In this document: positions 36,682 through 46,121 of the stretch, piece by piece | Layout of the letters: the number at the start of each line of letters is the position of its first letter | Position numbering within the stretch: the first letter of the stretch is position 1 | Source: a virus | Taxonomy: Duplodnaviria > Caudoviricetes | Length of the DNA stretch: 48,876 bases | Reading direction: 5' to 3' (one strand) | Virus record (IMG/VR): IMGVR_UViG_3300032212_000023 | Location: 1 to 48,876 of that record | Translations under genes and position numbers: made by a program | Notes under the pieces: generated by a model | The model's input: only the letters and a program-made list of their open reading frames with translations | What the model was told of the DNA's origin: nothing | The model's database searches: none

Positions 36682-37161
36682 TTAAGCAGGATCAGTCGCA
36701 GTAATACCACCTGTTAAGGCAGCCATACCATGAACGAACCATTGTGTACCATCACTGTGAACAACAATATGATCACCTAATGCTTCAGCAGTAGCAACAA
36801 AGTTAATTTGATCTTCCGCACCAGCTACTACAACAGCACCTGCTACTTCAATCGAACCGTCGATGTTATCACCTTCCGCTGATGCTACAATCCAGTTAGT
36901 AGTAGCAAATGCAGCAGCTACAACGAACTTGAAACTAAGACCAGCAGATACCGCAGGTAATGTGATAGTTGCACCACCAGCAGCGTTCATGTAAAGTGTC
37001 TTGCCGTTATCAGCACCTGTGAGTGTTAATGCACCTGTGACTGTTTGAGCAGCACCTAAGTTTTGTTCAACACCAGCGACAACGAGATTACCACCGCCAT
37101 TAGCAGTACCAATCTCTACGTTACTGAAGTGTGTATATTTTGTACTTTCATTTGCAGGCAT
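36682..37161 (-). CDS. Putative capsid decoration/fibre protein
   Basis: THFS N-terminus, TITLPA, SDGTQWFV; lies downstream of the capsid gene. Confidence 0.65.
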   Translation of the reverse strand: MPANESTKYTHFSNVEIGTANGGGNLVVAGVEQNLGAAQTVTGALTLTGADNGKTLYMNAAGGATITLPAVSAGLSFKFVVAAAFATTNWIVASAEGDNIDGSIEVAGAVVVAGAEDQINFVATAEALGDHIVVHSDGTQWFVHGMAALTGGITATDPA

Positions 37162-37210
37162 TTGTTTACTCCCGTGGATGTCTCCACGTCAACTTCCGTC
37201 TTTCAGGAAT

Positions 37211-37861
37211 CTATGTTTTAAGATATTTAATTGCGTTTTGTAAAGTTTCGATTGAGTCTTTAGCATTACCTAACATACGATTACAATTGGTGCATAATAA
37301 ACCACGAATCTTTTTAGTATCATGGCAATGATCTACGGCAAGCGCTCTGCCTTCATCCTCTGGCGTTTTGCTGCAAATCTTACACCCTCCCTTTTGTTCT
37401 GCAAGCATATTATTATAATCTTCTAATGTGATTCCAAACCTTTTACGTAAATCTTGATTCTTCACCTTATCAGGATTATCTTTTCTCCATTGCTTACCGT
37501 ATTCATTTTTGGATTGAGATTGGGGTTTTACTTCTACCCATTTACAATTTTCAGGGGAATAGTTTCCATGATTATCTACCCTCCTTAATTGATGATTCGG
37601 ACTGGGTTTTTCTCCCATATCATCAACAAACTTCCAAAAATCAGTCCATTCCTCACATACTGAGTATTTAGCGCTCATTCTCTTCATCCAATTCCATGAA
37701 TTGTACAAAGGATGTTTTTCACGTTTACCCCAGTCATCAGGTCTGGTCTGTTTTAAATGGCCATGTCGTTTCAAACGCAGTCTATGTTTATCACACAAAC
37801 CATGAGCAACGACTGAACCAGTACAACCTTCAACTTCACATTGTTTCTTTGATTTACCCAT
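37211..37861 (-). CDS. Free-standing His-Me (HNH/EndoVII) homing endonuclease
   Basis: N-terminal CxxxGC...GLC..H, central HNH-like DNHGNYSPENCKW, C-terminal GCKIC...VDHCH...RGLLCTNCN. Confidence 0.88.
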   Translation of the reverse strand: MGKSKKQCEVEGCTGSVVAHGLCDKHRLRLKRHGHLKQTRPDDWGKREKHPLYNSWNWMKRMSAKYSVCEEWTDFWKFVDDMGEKPSPNHQLRRVDNHGNYSPENCKWVEVKPQSQSKNEYGKQWRKDNPDKVKNQDLRKRFGITLEDYNNMLAEQKGGCKICSKTPEDEGRALAVDHCHDTKKIRGLLCTNCNRMLGNAKDSIETLQNAIKYLKT

Positions 37862-37893
37862 GTTGTCCTCCTAGTTAGGTCAGGTATACAGGT

Positions 37894-37922
37894 AATATAT
37901 GGTCTGATCATAAGGGATTCAA
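37894..37922 (-). promoter_or_regulatory. Sigma70-like promoter for the HNH gene
   Basis: TTGAAT-N17-TATATT, followed by an AGGAGG RBS. Confidence 0.6.
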
Positions 37923-37946
37923 GTAAGATACTAAAAATCCCTTATA

Positions 37947-37959
37947 AATCAATGGCTTA
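37947..37959 (+). promoter_or_regulatory. IHF consensus site overlapping the capsid gene stop
   Basis: AATCAATGGCTTA matches WATCAANNNNTTR. Confidence 0.5.
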
Positions 37960-38856
37960 GGCTGCTCCAGGCGACCCAAAGATACCCTTCGGATCGGCCC
38001 AGCCGAAGCTGTAACGACCAGTGGCTTTGAACTTCGCATTAGAAGTATCGAAGTCGTTATCCATACCGAAGCGGTCTTCACGACGCTCGAAGTGGATTAA
38101 GCCGCTATCGACATCAGTCTTCAGGAAGAACGCATCAGTATCAGTCAGGTAATGATTGACTTTGATGTTGAACTTGCCCATGATAGCATTCTTGTCGTTG
38201 TCAGCAGTACCAACACGACCAGAGCTATTGATGATACGATCAGCTTCAAACATCAGATCAACTGGGATAATCAGGTCAGTTGCTCGCGCAGCTACCTTGT
38301 TACCACGATCATCAGTCCACTTACCGATATCAATACAAGCTTGTTCTAACGAAGCTTCTGATAAATCAGCTGCTGTGGTTAGTTCGTTCTGGTAAGTACC
38401 GCCGTACACGTTAGTATGTACAGTTGAGCACAGTTCCAGACCATCACCACCAGTGTAAGAGCTGTTAAATGCACGATTCAAGATGTTAGCACCAACAGTT
38501 TCTTTGGTAGAACGCATTGACTTAGCTAATGCTTTCGCACGCATAGGGCCAATAGTCGAGTACTGATCATCTTCAACCAGCTCTTCTGTAATAACAATAC
38601 CCAAGCCGTAAACAATATGCTGGAAGCGAGAAGTATAGCCTTGAGTCATGTCATCATATACGATAGCACCACCTTCAGGTTTAACACTTGCTAGACCAGT
38701 CATTGAAGAACCAATGATTTCTTCGAATGCTTTGGTTGAGTTACGAGTTTCAAAAATATCCACGTATTCCAGTGGGTGTTCTGCATAACCCATGCCGTAG
38801 ATCTCGTTCAGACCCGGCCACGCTAGTTTTGCAAAATCGGACATATTAACTGCCAT
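37957..38856 (-). CDS. Major capsid protein
   Basis: L.WPGL..IYG, KPEG, GGDG..LCST.H, YLTDTDAFF, RYSFGWADP.GIFGSPG. Confidence 0.9.
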   Translation of the reverse strand: MAVNMSDFAKLAWPGLNEIYGMGYAEHPLEYVDIFETRNSTKAFEEIIGSSMTGLASVKPEGGAIVYDDMTQGYTSRFQHIVYGLGIVITEELVEDDQYSTIGPMRAKALAKSMRSTKETVGANILNRAFNSSYTGGDGLELCSTVHTNVYGGTYQNELTTAADLSEASLEQACIDIGKWTDDRGNKVAARATDLIIPVDLMFEADRIINSSGRVGTADNDKNAIMGKFNIKVNHYLTDTDAFFLKTDVDSGLIHFERREDRFGMDNDFDTSNAKFKATGRYSFGWADPKGIFGSPGAA

Positions 38857-38866
38857 GATCTACTCC

Positions 38867-39427
38867 TTATACGAATGCACGTTCAGCACTGGTCACGATT
38901 ACGTGATAGCGCGTGTTAGTAAGAGTGCTGTCATTATCTGGACGATCAGGGATCGCAATCACAGTAAAGTCAGCGTTAGTTGATGTACCTACTTCTTGAA
39001 TAGAACGACCAGTAACAGAGTTACCAGTACCATCTACTAAGTCACAGTTATTACCAACTACCAGATCAAGATCAGCGTTTGATTGAACTTCATAAATACA
39101 ATCATCAGCCGGTGCAACTAACACGAAGTAATCTGTATGAGTGCTTGCTGAATCATCGTAAAAACGAACATTCAAATCAGCTACATTTAAACCTGTAGCC
39201 GCTGAACCAGTTAAAGCGTCGTATTTACCAATACCTACAACAGCACCAAGTACTGCTGCGTCATTAGTAGCCATCGGATCTGCTAAACCCGATTCTAAGT
39301 TAACCATATCACCAATGAAGATATCCTCACCGTCAGCAACACCCACTGCGCGTAGCGTAGAAGCTACAGGCGCACCGGAAATTGTACCGACAGGTCGGAA
39401 ACCATTAGGCGCATCTAAGTTAGCCAT
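38867..39427 (-). CDS. Head/capsid-associated protein
   Basis: MANLDAPNGFRPVG...IFIGD.V; directly upstream of the capsid gene. Confidence 0.75.
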   Translation of the reverse strand: MANLDAPNGFRPVGTISGAPVASTLRAVGVADGEDIFIGDMVNLESGLADPMATNDAAVLGAVVGIGKYDALTGSAATGLNVADLNVRFYDDSASTHTDYFVLVAPADDCIYEVQSNADLDLVVGNNCDLVDGTGNSVTGRSIQEVGTSTNADFTVIAIPDRPDNDSTLTNTRYHVIVTSAERAFV

Positions 39428-39434
39428 GTTTTTT

Positions 39435-39480
39435 CTCCTGTATTGAACAAAATATTAAACAAAATGTGTCAATACAGAAG
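39435..39480 (-). promoter_or_regulatory. 12-bp hairpin sequestering the SD of the 39427 gene
   Basis: CUUCUGUAUUGA pairs with UCAAUACAGGAG. Confidence 0.55.
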
Positions 39481-39486
39481 GTGCAG

Positions 39487-39951
39487 TTATTTCGTTCGAG
39501 AAATTTGTTGCTTAACCTTACCATATTGACCTTTATCGAAAGATTCATCTGCCCTGAACATCGATGCTTCTTGTTCGTCAATCAACTTTTGTTTAGCAGC
39601 CATGTCTTCCTCAAAGTACTTCTTGTCTTTACGCATAAGATAAGCAATAATAGGCTTGCCATCTTTATCTGTACCGACTTGTTGAGTAACAGGGCTGTCT
39701 TCGCCAACAGTTGTATCACGAGCGCCTAGCGCGAGCTGGACATCTGATTTATTTACTGTATCCCACCATGCAGCATTATACTTTTGTATTTTGCCTTTCT
39801 CGTCGTTAACCCAACGATACATGTTTTCGGGATCTTTTTCTCCTACTGCTAGGATGTCCACGTTACCTGTTAAAGGTACACGAGCTGGACGTTTCTCTGT
39901 GCGTGACTTTTCGCCACTAGGTCGTGTTGCTTTGGTCTTTGCTGTAGCCAT
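39487..39951 (-). CDS. Head-module hypothetical protein
   Basis: YRWVND...AYLMR...ED; position between scaffold and head genes. Confidence 0.75.
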   Translation of the reverse strand: MATAKTKATRPSGEKSRTEKRPARVPLTGNVDILAVGEKDPENMYRWVNDEKGKIQKYNAAWWDTVNKSDVQLALGARDTTVGEDSPVTQQVGTDKDGKPIIAYLMRKDKKYFEEDMAAKQKLIDEQEASMFRADESFDKGQYGKVKQQISRTK

Positions 39952-39973
39952 TTCTTTCTCCTAAGTCGGCTCT

Positions 39974-40885
39974 TTAGCCGAATGCCTTTAAGTACTGTTC
40001 GACGTAAGCTTCTTCTGACATATTCGACATACGCATCACTGTACGTGCTTGTCGGATACCGTCTGAATCTAAGCCTAAGTCATTAAGTGTTTTCTTACCA
40101 CCTGTTGGTTTTGTAACAGGGGCGCTTGGTGCAGTCGGGACTGCTGTATTACGTTTATTGTTCTGAGGTTTGAACTTCTCTTGAACAAGTTTCTCAGCTT
40201 TAGCATACACTTGTTCTAGGGTCATTTTGCCCTGTTGAACTAGTGGTGCTGCTGCATTACCGTACTCGTTAGCAAAAGCTGCTCGCTCAGGGTCGTACTC
40301 ATCTGACGCAACATCATACCAAGGGTTTCGCTCTAGGAACGCAGTGAACTCAGGGGCGAATTGTTGCTCTGGTTCTGGAGCAGGGGCTGGTTTATCAAGA
40401 TCAGCGATATCTTCAGCGAGTTTAAGCGCTGCATCTTCATCACCAGTAGCAACAGCTTCTTTCATCTGTGCTTTGTACTCTTCCCGTGCTTTCTCACGTT
40501 CCTTTTCAATTCTAGCTTCTTGCATTTCCTGCATGTGCTTAACAGCATCTAAAGCCTCTTTTGCTGCTTTCTCTGCTTTGTGTGCTCTATCAAAGATCGG
40601 TTTACGATCAATATAAGATTGAGCTGATACAACATCCTTATCAGGGACAACCTCTGGGTTCCAACCCATGTCCATTGCTTTTTTCTGCGTATCAGTTGGA
40701 TTCTCAGGATCAAAAGGTTCTACGTAGGCAACCTCTGGTTCCATTGGATCTTCTGTTGGTTGTACTGATTCAGTAACACCCTCAGTATCTTGTACACTCT
40801 CAGGGATTTCCTCCCCCGCAATCAGAGCTTTCATTTGCTCTGTCATTACTTCTGGAGTACCTTCTTGCTCAAGCTCTTCGCTCAT
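39974..40885 (-). CDS. Putative scaffolding protein
   Basis: Acidic coiled coil, MGWNP, NPWY, MSEEAY; synteny. Confidence 0.7.
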   Translation of the reverse strand: MSEELEQEGTPEVMTEQMKALIAGEEIPESVQDTEGVTESVQPTEDPMEPEVAYVEPFDPENPTDTQKKAMDMGWNPEVVPDKDVVSAQSYIDRKPIFDRAHKAEKAAKEALDAVKHMQEMQEARIEKEREKAREEYKAQMKEAVATGDEDAALKLAEDIADLDKPAPAPEPEQQFAPEFTAFLERNPWYDVASDEYDPERAAFANEYGNAAAPLVQQGKMTLEQVYAKAEKLVQEKFKPQNNKRNTAVPTAPSAPVTKPTGGKKTLNDLGLDSDGIRQARTVMRMSNMSEEAYVEQYLKAFG

Positions 40886-41217
40886 TTCTGATCTCCGAAT
40901 ACATAGATGATATCATCATCATTCACTACAATTAGCTCTTCTTGTGTGTCAGGATCTATTACAGTCTTACCTGTGAACCTGCCGTACAGAACATTATCAC
41001 CAACTTCGCACCAAGGATCGCCGTTATCGAAGGCTAACCATGCATTAGCACCGATTTGTAGAACTTCACCGTGTATACTGCCGTGTTGTTCTCGTTTGTA
41101 CTCATCTGTATGAGATAAGTCCAACCCAATCTCAGCTGCTTTCTTGAAAGTCTCGTCTGTCTGTTCTATCTTTTTAGGGCGTATTAAAACCCTGTGTCCT
41201 GCTGGTCTACCCTGCAT
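40882..41217 (-). CDS. groES: Co-chaperonin GroES (Cpn10)
   Basis: PAGHRVLIRP, GEVLQIG, VGDNVLYGRFTG, VNDDDI; GAGGAGG RBS. Confidence 0.85.
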   Translation of the reverse strand: MQGRPAGHRVLIRPKKIEQTDETFKKAAEIGLDLSHTDEYKREQHGSIHGEVLQIGANAWLAFDNGDPWCEVGDNVLYGRFTGKTVIDPDTQEELIVVNDDDIIYVFGDQK

Positions 41218-41488
41218 CTTGATCCTCCTCTGCACCGTACTCAGAAGATTCTAGCATGAACTCTAAGGCATCTAATCCGCCCTTTGCTCTTGCTGCATCT
41301 GTTAAACCATGCTCGTGGTTCACGTACTCTGCTTTTTGAAGGAATTCTGAGACCTTTAGTATCTCCATCTCAGTAGTTAATCGTAGAAGTTTAGTACAAG
41401 GGTGTTCTCGCCACTCGTTATAAATCTCTTGATCTACCTTATCCTCAAGATTCTGAAGTTTCTCCTCCAGTTTCTCCCATTGATCCAT
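41207..41488 (-). CDS. Hypothetical protein
   Basis: GGAGG RBS; W.EHPCTK. Confidence 0.7.
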   Translation of the reverse strand: MDQWEKLEEKLQNLEDKVDQEIYNEWREHPCTKLLRLTTEMEILKVSEFLQKAEYVNHEHGLTDAARAKGGLDALEFMLESSEYGAEEDQDAG

Positions 41489-43379
41489 TACTCGCCTCCT
41501 GTTGGCTTTCTCTATTCAGTTCGTTATCTAACGATTGAAGCATGACTTTCATAGCTTCTAGTTGTCTTCCGGGTTCAATTGCTTCCCCTTCTAACAAATC
41601 CCTTAATGCTTTGGCTTCTATGCCTTTAGCTTTTGTTCTTAGCTCAAATGTCTTGAGCTTGATCTCTGTCCATGCCCTCATGCTCTCATCTTCGAACTGA
41701 CGTTCTTCTAAAGCTGGAGGTGGCTCAGGGACTTGTAACAGTGTATCTATATTTGGAAGCTCCATTGCTTCAGCAACCATACGACCTGCTAGTTGTCTGT
41801 TAGCAAGCCCTTGGTTCGCTAGGTCCATAGCAGCCATTGCTTTCTGGAGCTTCTGCTGTTCGTTTGTGTAAGAAGGATCAGCCGCTGGAACTACGTTGCC
41901 GTTGTTATTAATGTAGTCTTGCTGGAATATACGATCCTGATCGCCAGTATCCAACACAGTGAAGTACTGCTCTGGTTCTAGGTATTCTTTGTTCAGGTTG
42001 TACAGAACACGTAACTCTTCTTTAAAAGAACGTAAGAAGCGCTTGTATACGCCGCCGAATACTTTCTGCCCCTGTTCCATTACCAGCGCTGTTGTTGTCG
42101 CTTTCTGGTTCTGTCCGGGGTTCTCACCTACTTGTGAGTCTACTGTACCGGCTATACGTTGCGCTGATTGAATCAGGAACGTCGCTAAGGATAACAGTGT
42201 AGGAGAAGGCTCACCGATAGGCATCGGGAACACACCCTTACGAAGGTCATCGCCTGTAGCGTTAACAGGCATCCATTCACCGATTTTGAAGCGGGTTGAG
42301 CCGGACTTCATTCGGATACCTTTACTGATGAAACCGCCACCACGATTAGATAATGTACCTTTATCGATAAGCTGATTAATCAAAGAATCAACAGCATGGT
42401 TCAGTGGCCCAACGTACTGACCAAAGCCGTAGTTATAGAACGAACCGTCAGGGGCTGGTAATAACCCGTACTTAACAATACATTCTTTAGGCTGGATGTT
42501 ATATACTTCACCGTCTAGAGAGAACGAAATGTGCTCTTCATCAAAACGTCTGGAGATACACAGAATCTCTTTACTGTTAACTTCCTGAGTAACAATATAA
42601 GGCTCTTCGTAACCATCATCATCGAGATCAAGCCATGTGTACTGATGAATGCACTCGTAAGGTGTACTGGCATCAACAGCGGGGGCTTGAATACCTTGAA
42701 TAGAATTCGTTAAATCGTTCTGTTTCTGTTCAGGGGTTCTGAGGTCTACGTCAGCGTAATACCCTAGACGCTGCATACCAAGGATATAAGAGCCATGAAG
42801 CTCTGTTCTATGGCTGTATCGGCGGCTGCTTGGAAGATCCTTCGTGTAGTAATTCGCTACAAGGTCTTTAGGGAAGATCAGCTCAGAAACATTCCGACCC
42901 TTAATAGGACAGTAATACATACGTTTAAAAGCACAACCAGCAACACCAGTAACCATTCCCGTGTTGTCATGGACTTCCTCCCACTCGGTCATCTCTTCCA
43001 AGAGCTGATAATTCATGTGCTTTGATAACCGCACGGCTGTGTTGTTCTTCTCACCGTTCTGGTCAAACCCAACAACACGACCTTTAGCGGGAGTAATACC
43101 TGTGACAATAGCAGGGTAAATACGTGAACTGAATTGAATACAGGCTTCAGTGACTAACGGGTACTTCACGTTACTGGCATTCGGCCAAGGCGTGTTTTTA
43201 ACTTCCATGACCTGAGAAGCAAGTTTCATCCATTTATCGATGTTCTCGTTCCACTCAGCACGAGAATCCCAGTCGGCTTTATACCCTGTATGAACAGCAT
43301 TCGCTATGTCGCGTACAGTATCTTTATCCAATAAATCAAGGATATTATCTGATTGTAGTATATCTGTAAGGTCTAGCAT
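41445..43379 (-). CDS. Portal protein
   Basis: PWPNASNVKYPL, DLDDDGYEEPYIVT, FYNYGFG; follows the terminase; ATG at 43379 coupled to the upstream stop. Confidence 0.88.
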   Translation of the reverse strand: MLDLTDILQSDNILDLLDKDTVRDIANAVHTGYKADWDSRAEWNENIDKWMKLASQVMEVKNTPWPNASNVKYPLVTEACIQFSSRIYPAIVTGITPAKGRVVGFDQNGEKNNTAVRLSKHMNYQLLEEMTEWEEVHDNTGMVTGVAGCAFKRMYYCPIKGRNVSELIFPKDLVANYYTKDLPSSRRYSHRTELHGSYILGMQRLGYYADVDLRTPEQKQNDLTNSIQGIQAPAVDASTPYECIHQYTWLDLDDDGYEEPYIVTQEVNSKEILCISRRFDEEHISFSLDGEVYNIQPKECIVKYGLLPAPDGSFYNYGFGQYVGPLNHAVDSLINQLIDKGTLSNRGGGFISKGIRMKSGSTRFKIGEWMPVNATGDDLRKGVFPMPIGEPSPTLLSLATFLIQSAQRIAGTVDSQVGENPGQNQKATTTALVMEQGQKVFGGVYKRFLRSFKEELRVLYNLNKEYLEPEQYFTVLDTGDQDRIFQQDYINNNGNVVPAADPSYTNEQQKLQKAMAAMDLANQGLANRQLAGRMVAEAMELPNIDTLLQVPEPPPALEERQFEDESMRAWTEIKLKTFELRTKAKGIEAKALRDLLEGEAIEPGRQLEAMKVMLQSLDNELNRESQQEASNGSMGETGGETSES

Positions 43380-43651
43380 TAACCACAGGCTCCAGGAGAG
43401 TACCAAGTATCTTGGCTGTACTGTACTTCAAAGTAATCTGTATCAAACTTGGTATTACTATTTGCATGAAAATATAAGCCATGACGGTTACTTTTTTCAT
43501 TTAACCTGTCGCAAACAGAAGAAGTCTCTAGGATACCTTCAATACTTCCAGTTACAAGTAATAGTGCAGGGCAAGGTTTTCCTAGATCAATCCATGCCTG
43601 TTCTACAGCAGTCTCTGAGATATCCATATTTATTTTAGTTTTGTATATCAT
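43379..43651 (-). CDS. Hypothetical protein
   Basis: Coupled between terL and portal. Confidence 0.55.
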   Translation of the reverse strand: MIYKTKINMDISETAVEQAWIDLGKPCPALLLVTGSIEGILETSSVCDRLNEKSNRHGLYFHANSNTKFDTDYFEVQYSQDTWYSPGACG

Positions 43652-45102
43652 CAGTACCCTGTCATTTCGTTTTCGCCCATACACATGAACTCGTTGACTT
43701 CATCTTCGTATTCTTCTTGCTCTATGTCAGCCCATGTTGGGGCGTTCCAGAACTTGTCGATAGCAAGACCAAGCCAAGCAAACGCGTCAAGATCGTCGTC
43801 GTGTGCGCCTTTAACACCGGAGCGAGTCACAACAGCGAGGTTCTGGTAGAAGTCATCGTACCAGTCGGTTTCTTTAGCGAAACGTACAGCACCTTGCTTC
43901 ATACGAGCTGCGATTGACTGAGCACGGGCTATCTTGTCTTTAGTCGGTGTTTCTGCATGAAGGTTAATAAAAGCGTTACGCTCCATCATACTCTTGCGTA
44001 AGAACGGGCCTATCGCCTTATCAATCTTCTCGGATTCAACTAAGAAAATCTCAGGCTCGTACCGCTTCTGGATATTAATCATTTCATCAATGATCTGTTC
44101 CGAGTCAATACGTCCTTTTACTCGGTCAACAATGTACAGATATCCTTCAGGACACATCGCACCTACAACCATGACTGTGTTATCAGCTTTCTCTTTCTGG
44201 GAGATAGCGAAATCAGCGGCGGCGTAGTACACCATTGGCTTGTTGAAGTCTTCAGGCTTCATATCGATGAAGTCCTGATCCCTGAACAGTCTATCACCAG
44301 TATCAATAGGGTTATTCAGGTACTCACAGCTGTAACCTTCTGGCATACCCTGTGTGACATAGCTTTGTTGTATTGCCTGTAATGTTTCTTTTGAGTGCAG
44401 TTCAGGCCAAAGTATCTCTGAGTAATCTTTGTTATGTGCTTTGTACCGCTTAGATACCCATGTTGGGTCATTCAGTACACGTTCTAATAAAGCATCAAGG
44501 TGTAGTATAGTACCTACGTACCGGATAATACCCTTTGGAGATAGCGAGGGCATAACAGCTTTGAAGAACCACATCCTGAGCTTTTCACGACGCTCAGGGT
44601 TCTCTACAAGATCATCATTCTCAAGGTCATCGATAACAATCAGATCAGGACGTTTACCTAACCACTTCATACCACGAAGTTTCTGACCAGCACCTTTAGC
44701 AACAATACGGCATTTCTGACCATCTTCGTACTGAAGAATACAATCAGTCTCGTTATCTTTGATAATTCTAGCTACACCGAACAAGGACTTCAAATCCTCG
44801 TTCTCAGTTAACTCTGCTTTGATATCCCCTAAGAAGTTACTGGCTTGTGCTTCAGTATCTGAGATAATAATAATAAAGCTGCGCTGTCTGAAGCAGATAT
44901 TCGCTAACGTGTACGCATGTGTAATGCTTGTTGATTTTGCATGAGCTCTGGGCGCAGCAATTGCTACAAGCTTATCAGGTTGTGTTGCAAGCTCCCAGAG
45001 TTCTTCATGGAATCGTGGGGTCTCTAGTGGAGAGTCGTACCGTGGTCTTAGAAGTGAATCACTGAACCCCTTGATGAGCTTAGCATCAAAGGTAATGCTC
45101 AC
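43651..45102 (-). CDS. terL: Terminase large subunit
   Basis: APRAHAKST Walker A, IVIDDLE Walker B, AADFA and HDDDLDA nuclease motifs. Confidence 0.93.
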   Translation of the reverse strand: MSITFDAKLIKGFSDSLLRPRYDSPLETPRFHEELWELATQPDKLVAIAAPRAHAKSTSITHAYTLANICFRQRSFIIIISDTEAQASNFLGDIKAELTENEDLKSLFGVARIIKDNETDCILQYEDGQKCRIVAKGAGQKLRGMKWLGKRPDLIVIDDLENDDLVENPERREKLRMWFFKAVMPSLSPKGIIRYVGTILHLDALLERVLNDPTWVSKRYKAHNKDYSEILWPELHSKETLQAIQQSYVTQGMPEGYSCEYLNNPIDTGDRLFRDQDFIDMKPEDFNKPMVYYAAADFAISQKEKADNTVMVVGAMCPEGYLYIVDRVKGRIDSEQIIDEMINIQKRYEPEIFLVESEKIDKAIGPFLRKSMMERNAFINLHAETPTKDKIARAQSIAARMKQGAVRFAKETDWYDDFYQNLAVVTRSGVKGAHDDDLDAFAWLGLAIDKFWNAPTWADIEQEEYEDEVNEFMCMGENEMTGY

Positions 45103-45248
45103 TTTTCATCTTTACGTTGCTGCTGCCTGCGGCCTTTACGTCCAGTCTGCTCTGCTTTCTTTTCTTTTTTCTTAGGCTTTTTCTTCTCGTGGAGCTTGCT
45201 GGCTGTTTTGCCTAGCAATCCACCGAAGTATTTACTTAAATCTGACAT
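45099..45248 (-). CDS. Small highly basic protein (49 aa)
   Basis: GAGGA RBS; coupled to both terminase genes; K/R-rich. Confidence 0.55.
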   Translation of the reverse strand: MSDLSKYFGGLLGKTASKLHEKKKPKKKEKKAEQTGRKGRRQQQRKDEK

Positions 45249-45922
45249 TATTTATCCTCAATCACTTCAGCATCAATCACCTTAGCGTCACCACCAAAGG
45301 ATCGGAATTTCTCTTCGAGTTGTTTTAGTCGGTCGTCCTGTGTTACTTTCTCAGATCGAGAGGTAGGATCACCACGTTGTAACGCCCGCATGTTAAAGGC
45401 TTGTGTCTGTATTTGAGCAAGATCACGGCCTGATACTCCGACTCTGACGATCTCACCGTTCTTGTCGAGCTTCTCATCGCCGTTACGGATACGGTCAAGT
45501 TGGGCTTCACCTGCCTCGTGTATCACGGTAGTGGCTAGATGGTCTAAATGGAATCCCTGAGCTTTCTTAACTGCTTGTTCGACTTCAGGCCACCACCTCG
45601 CCTCGTGCCGCCATTTGTAGATCGTGGCTGCTTTGACTCTACCGCCCATGTATTTAGAGGCTTTACGGGCTGAGCCGTGTACTATGTAAGCAGCTACTGC
45701 GATGAACTTATCAGCTGATTTAATCCGACCTTGATAGAAGCTGGGATGCGTTACCTGAAGGTCTGTACAGAACTGAAGAACGTTCAGCACCTCGGCCTGT
45801 TTCTCAACGAAGTCCTCGATAGTATCATCCACAGGTGCTCTGCCCGGTGGCTTGTACTCTTTCATTCGCTGTTTATGGGCTTTTCTGTCAGCGCACTGCT
45901 CTTGTATTGTCTTTTTAGTCAT
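45248..45922 (-). CDS. Putative terminase small subunit
   Basis: HTH-like TIYKWRHEARWW; upstream of terL. Confidence 0.7.
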   Translation of the reverse strand: MTKKTIQEQCADRKAHKQRMKEYKPPGRAPVDDTIEDFVEKQAEVLNVLQFCTDLQVTHPSFYQGRIKSADKFIAVAAYIVHGSARKASKYMGGRVKAATIYKWRHEARWWPEVEQAVKKAQGFHLDHLATTVIHEAGEAQLDRIRNGDEKLDKNGEIVRVGVSGRDLAQIQTQAFNMRALQRGDPTSRSEKVTQDDRLKQLEEKFRSFGGDAKVIDAEVIEDK

Positions 45923-46121
45923 TACAACCTTCTTTAAGGTCTATCATGTGCAGAACAGTAAAATCATCGTGTAGTATTTGGATCAGCTCGGCTTCACCTA
46001 TTTCTTGGATTACTTCTTCCTGTGTACCATCGTGGATAACAACATCATCCTCAATAATTGTAGCCCATACAGGACTGTTACAACTAAATATCAGGAAAAC
46101 AATACTATACGCAAGTTCCAT
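45915..46121 (-). CDS. Hypothetical protein
   Basis: Hydrophobic N-terminus followed by C..P. Confidence 0.6.
   Translation of the reverse strand: MELAYSIVFLIFSCNSPVWATIIEDDVVIHDGTQEEVIQEIGEAELIQILHDDFTVLHMIDLKEGCND

Noticed and set aside
37162-37956. Group I intron around the HNH gene
   Set aside because: The flanking genes are complete with their own stop and start, and the spacers are too short for a ribozyme core
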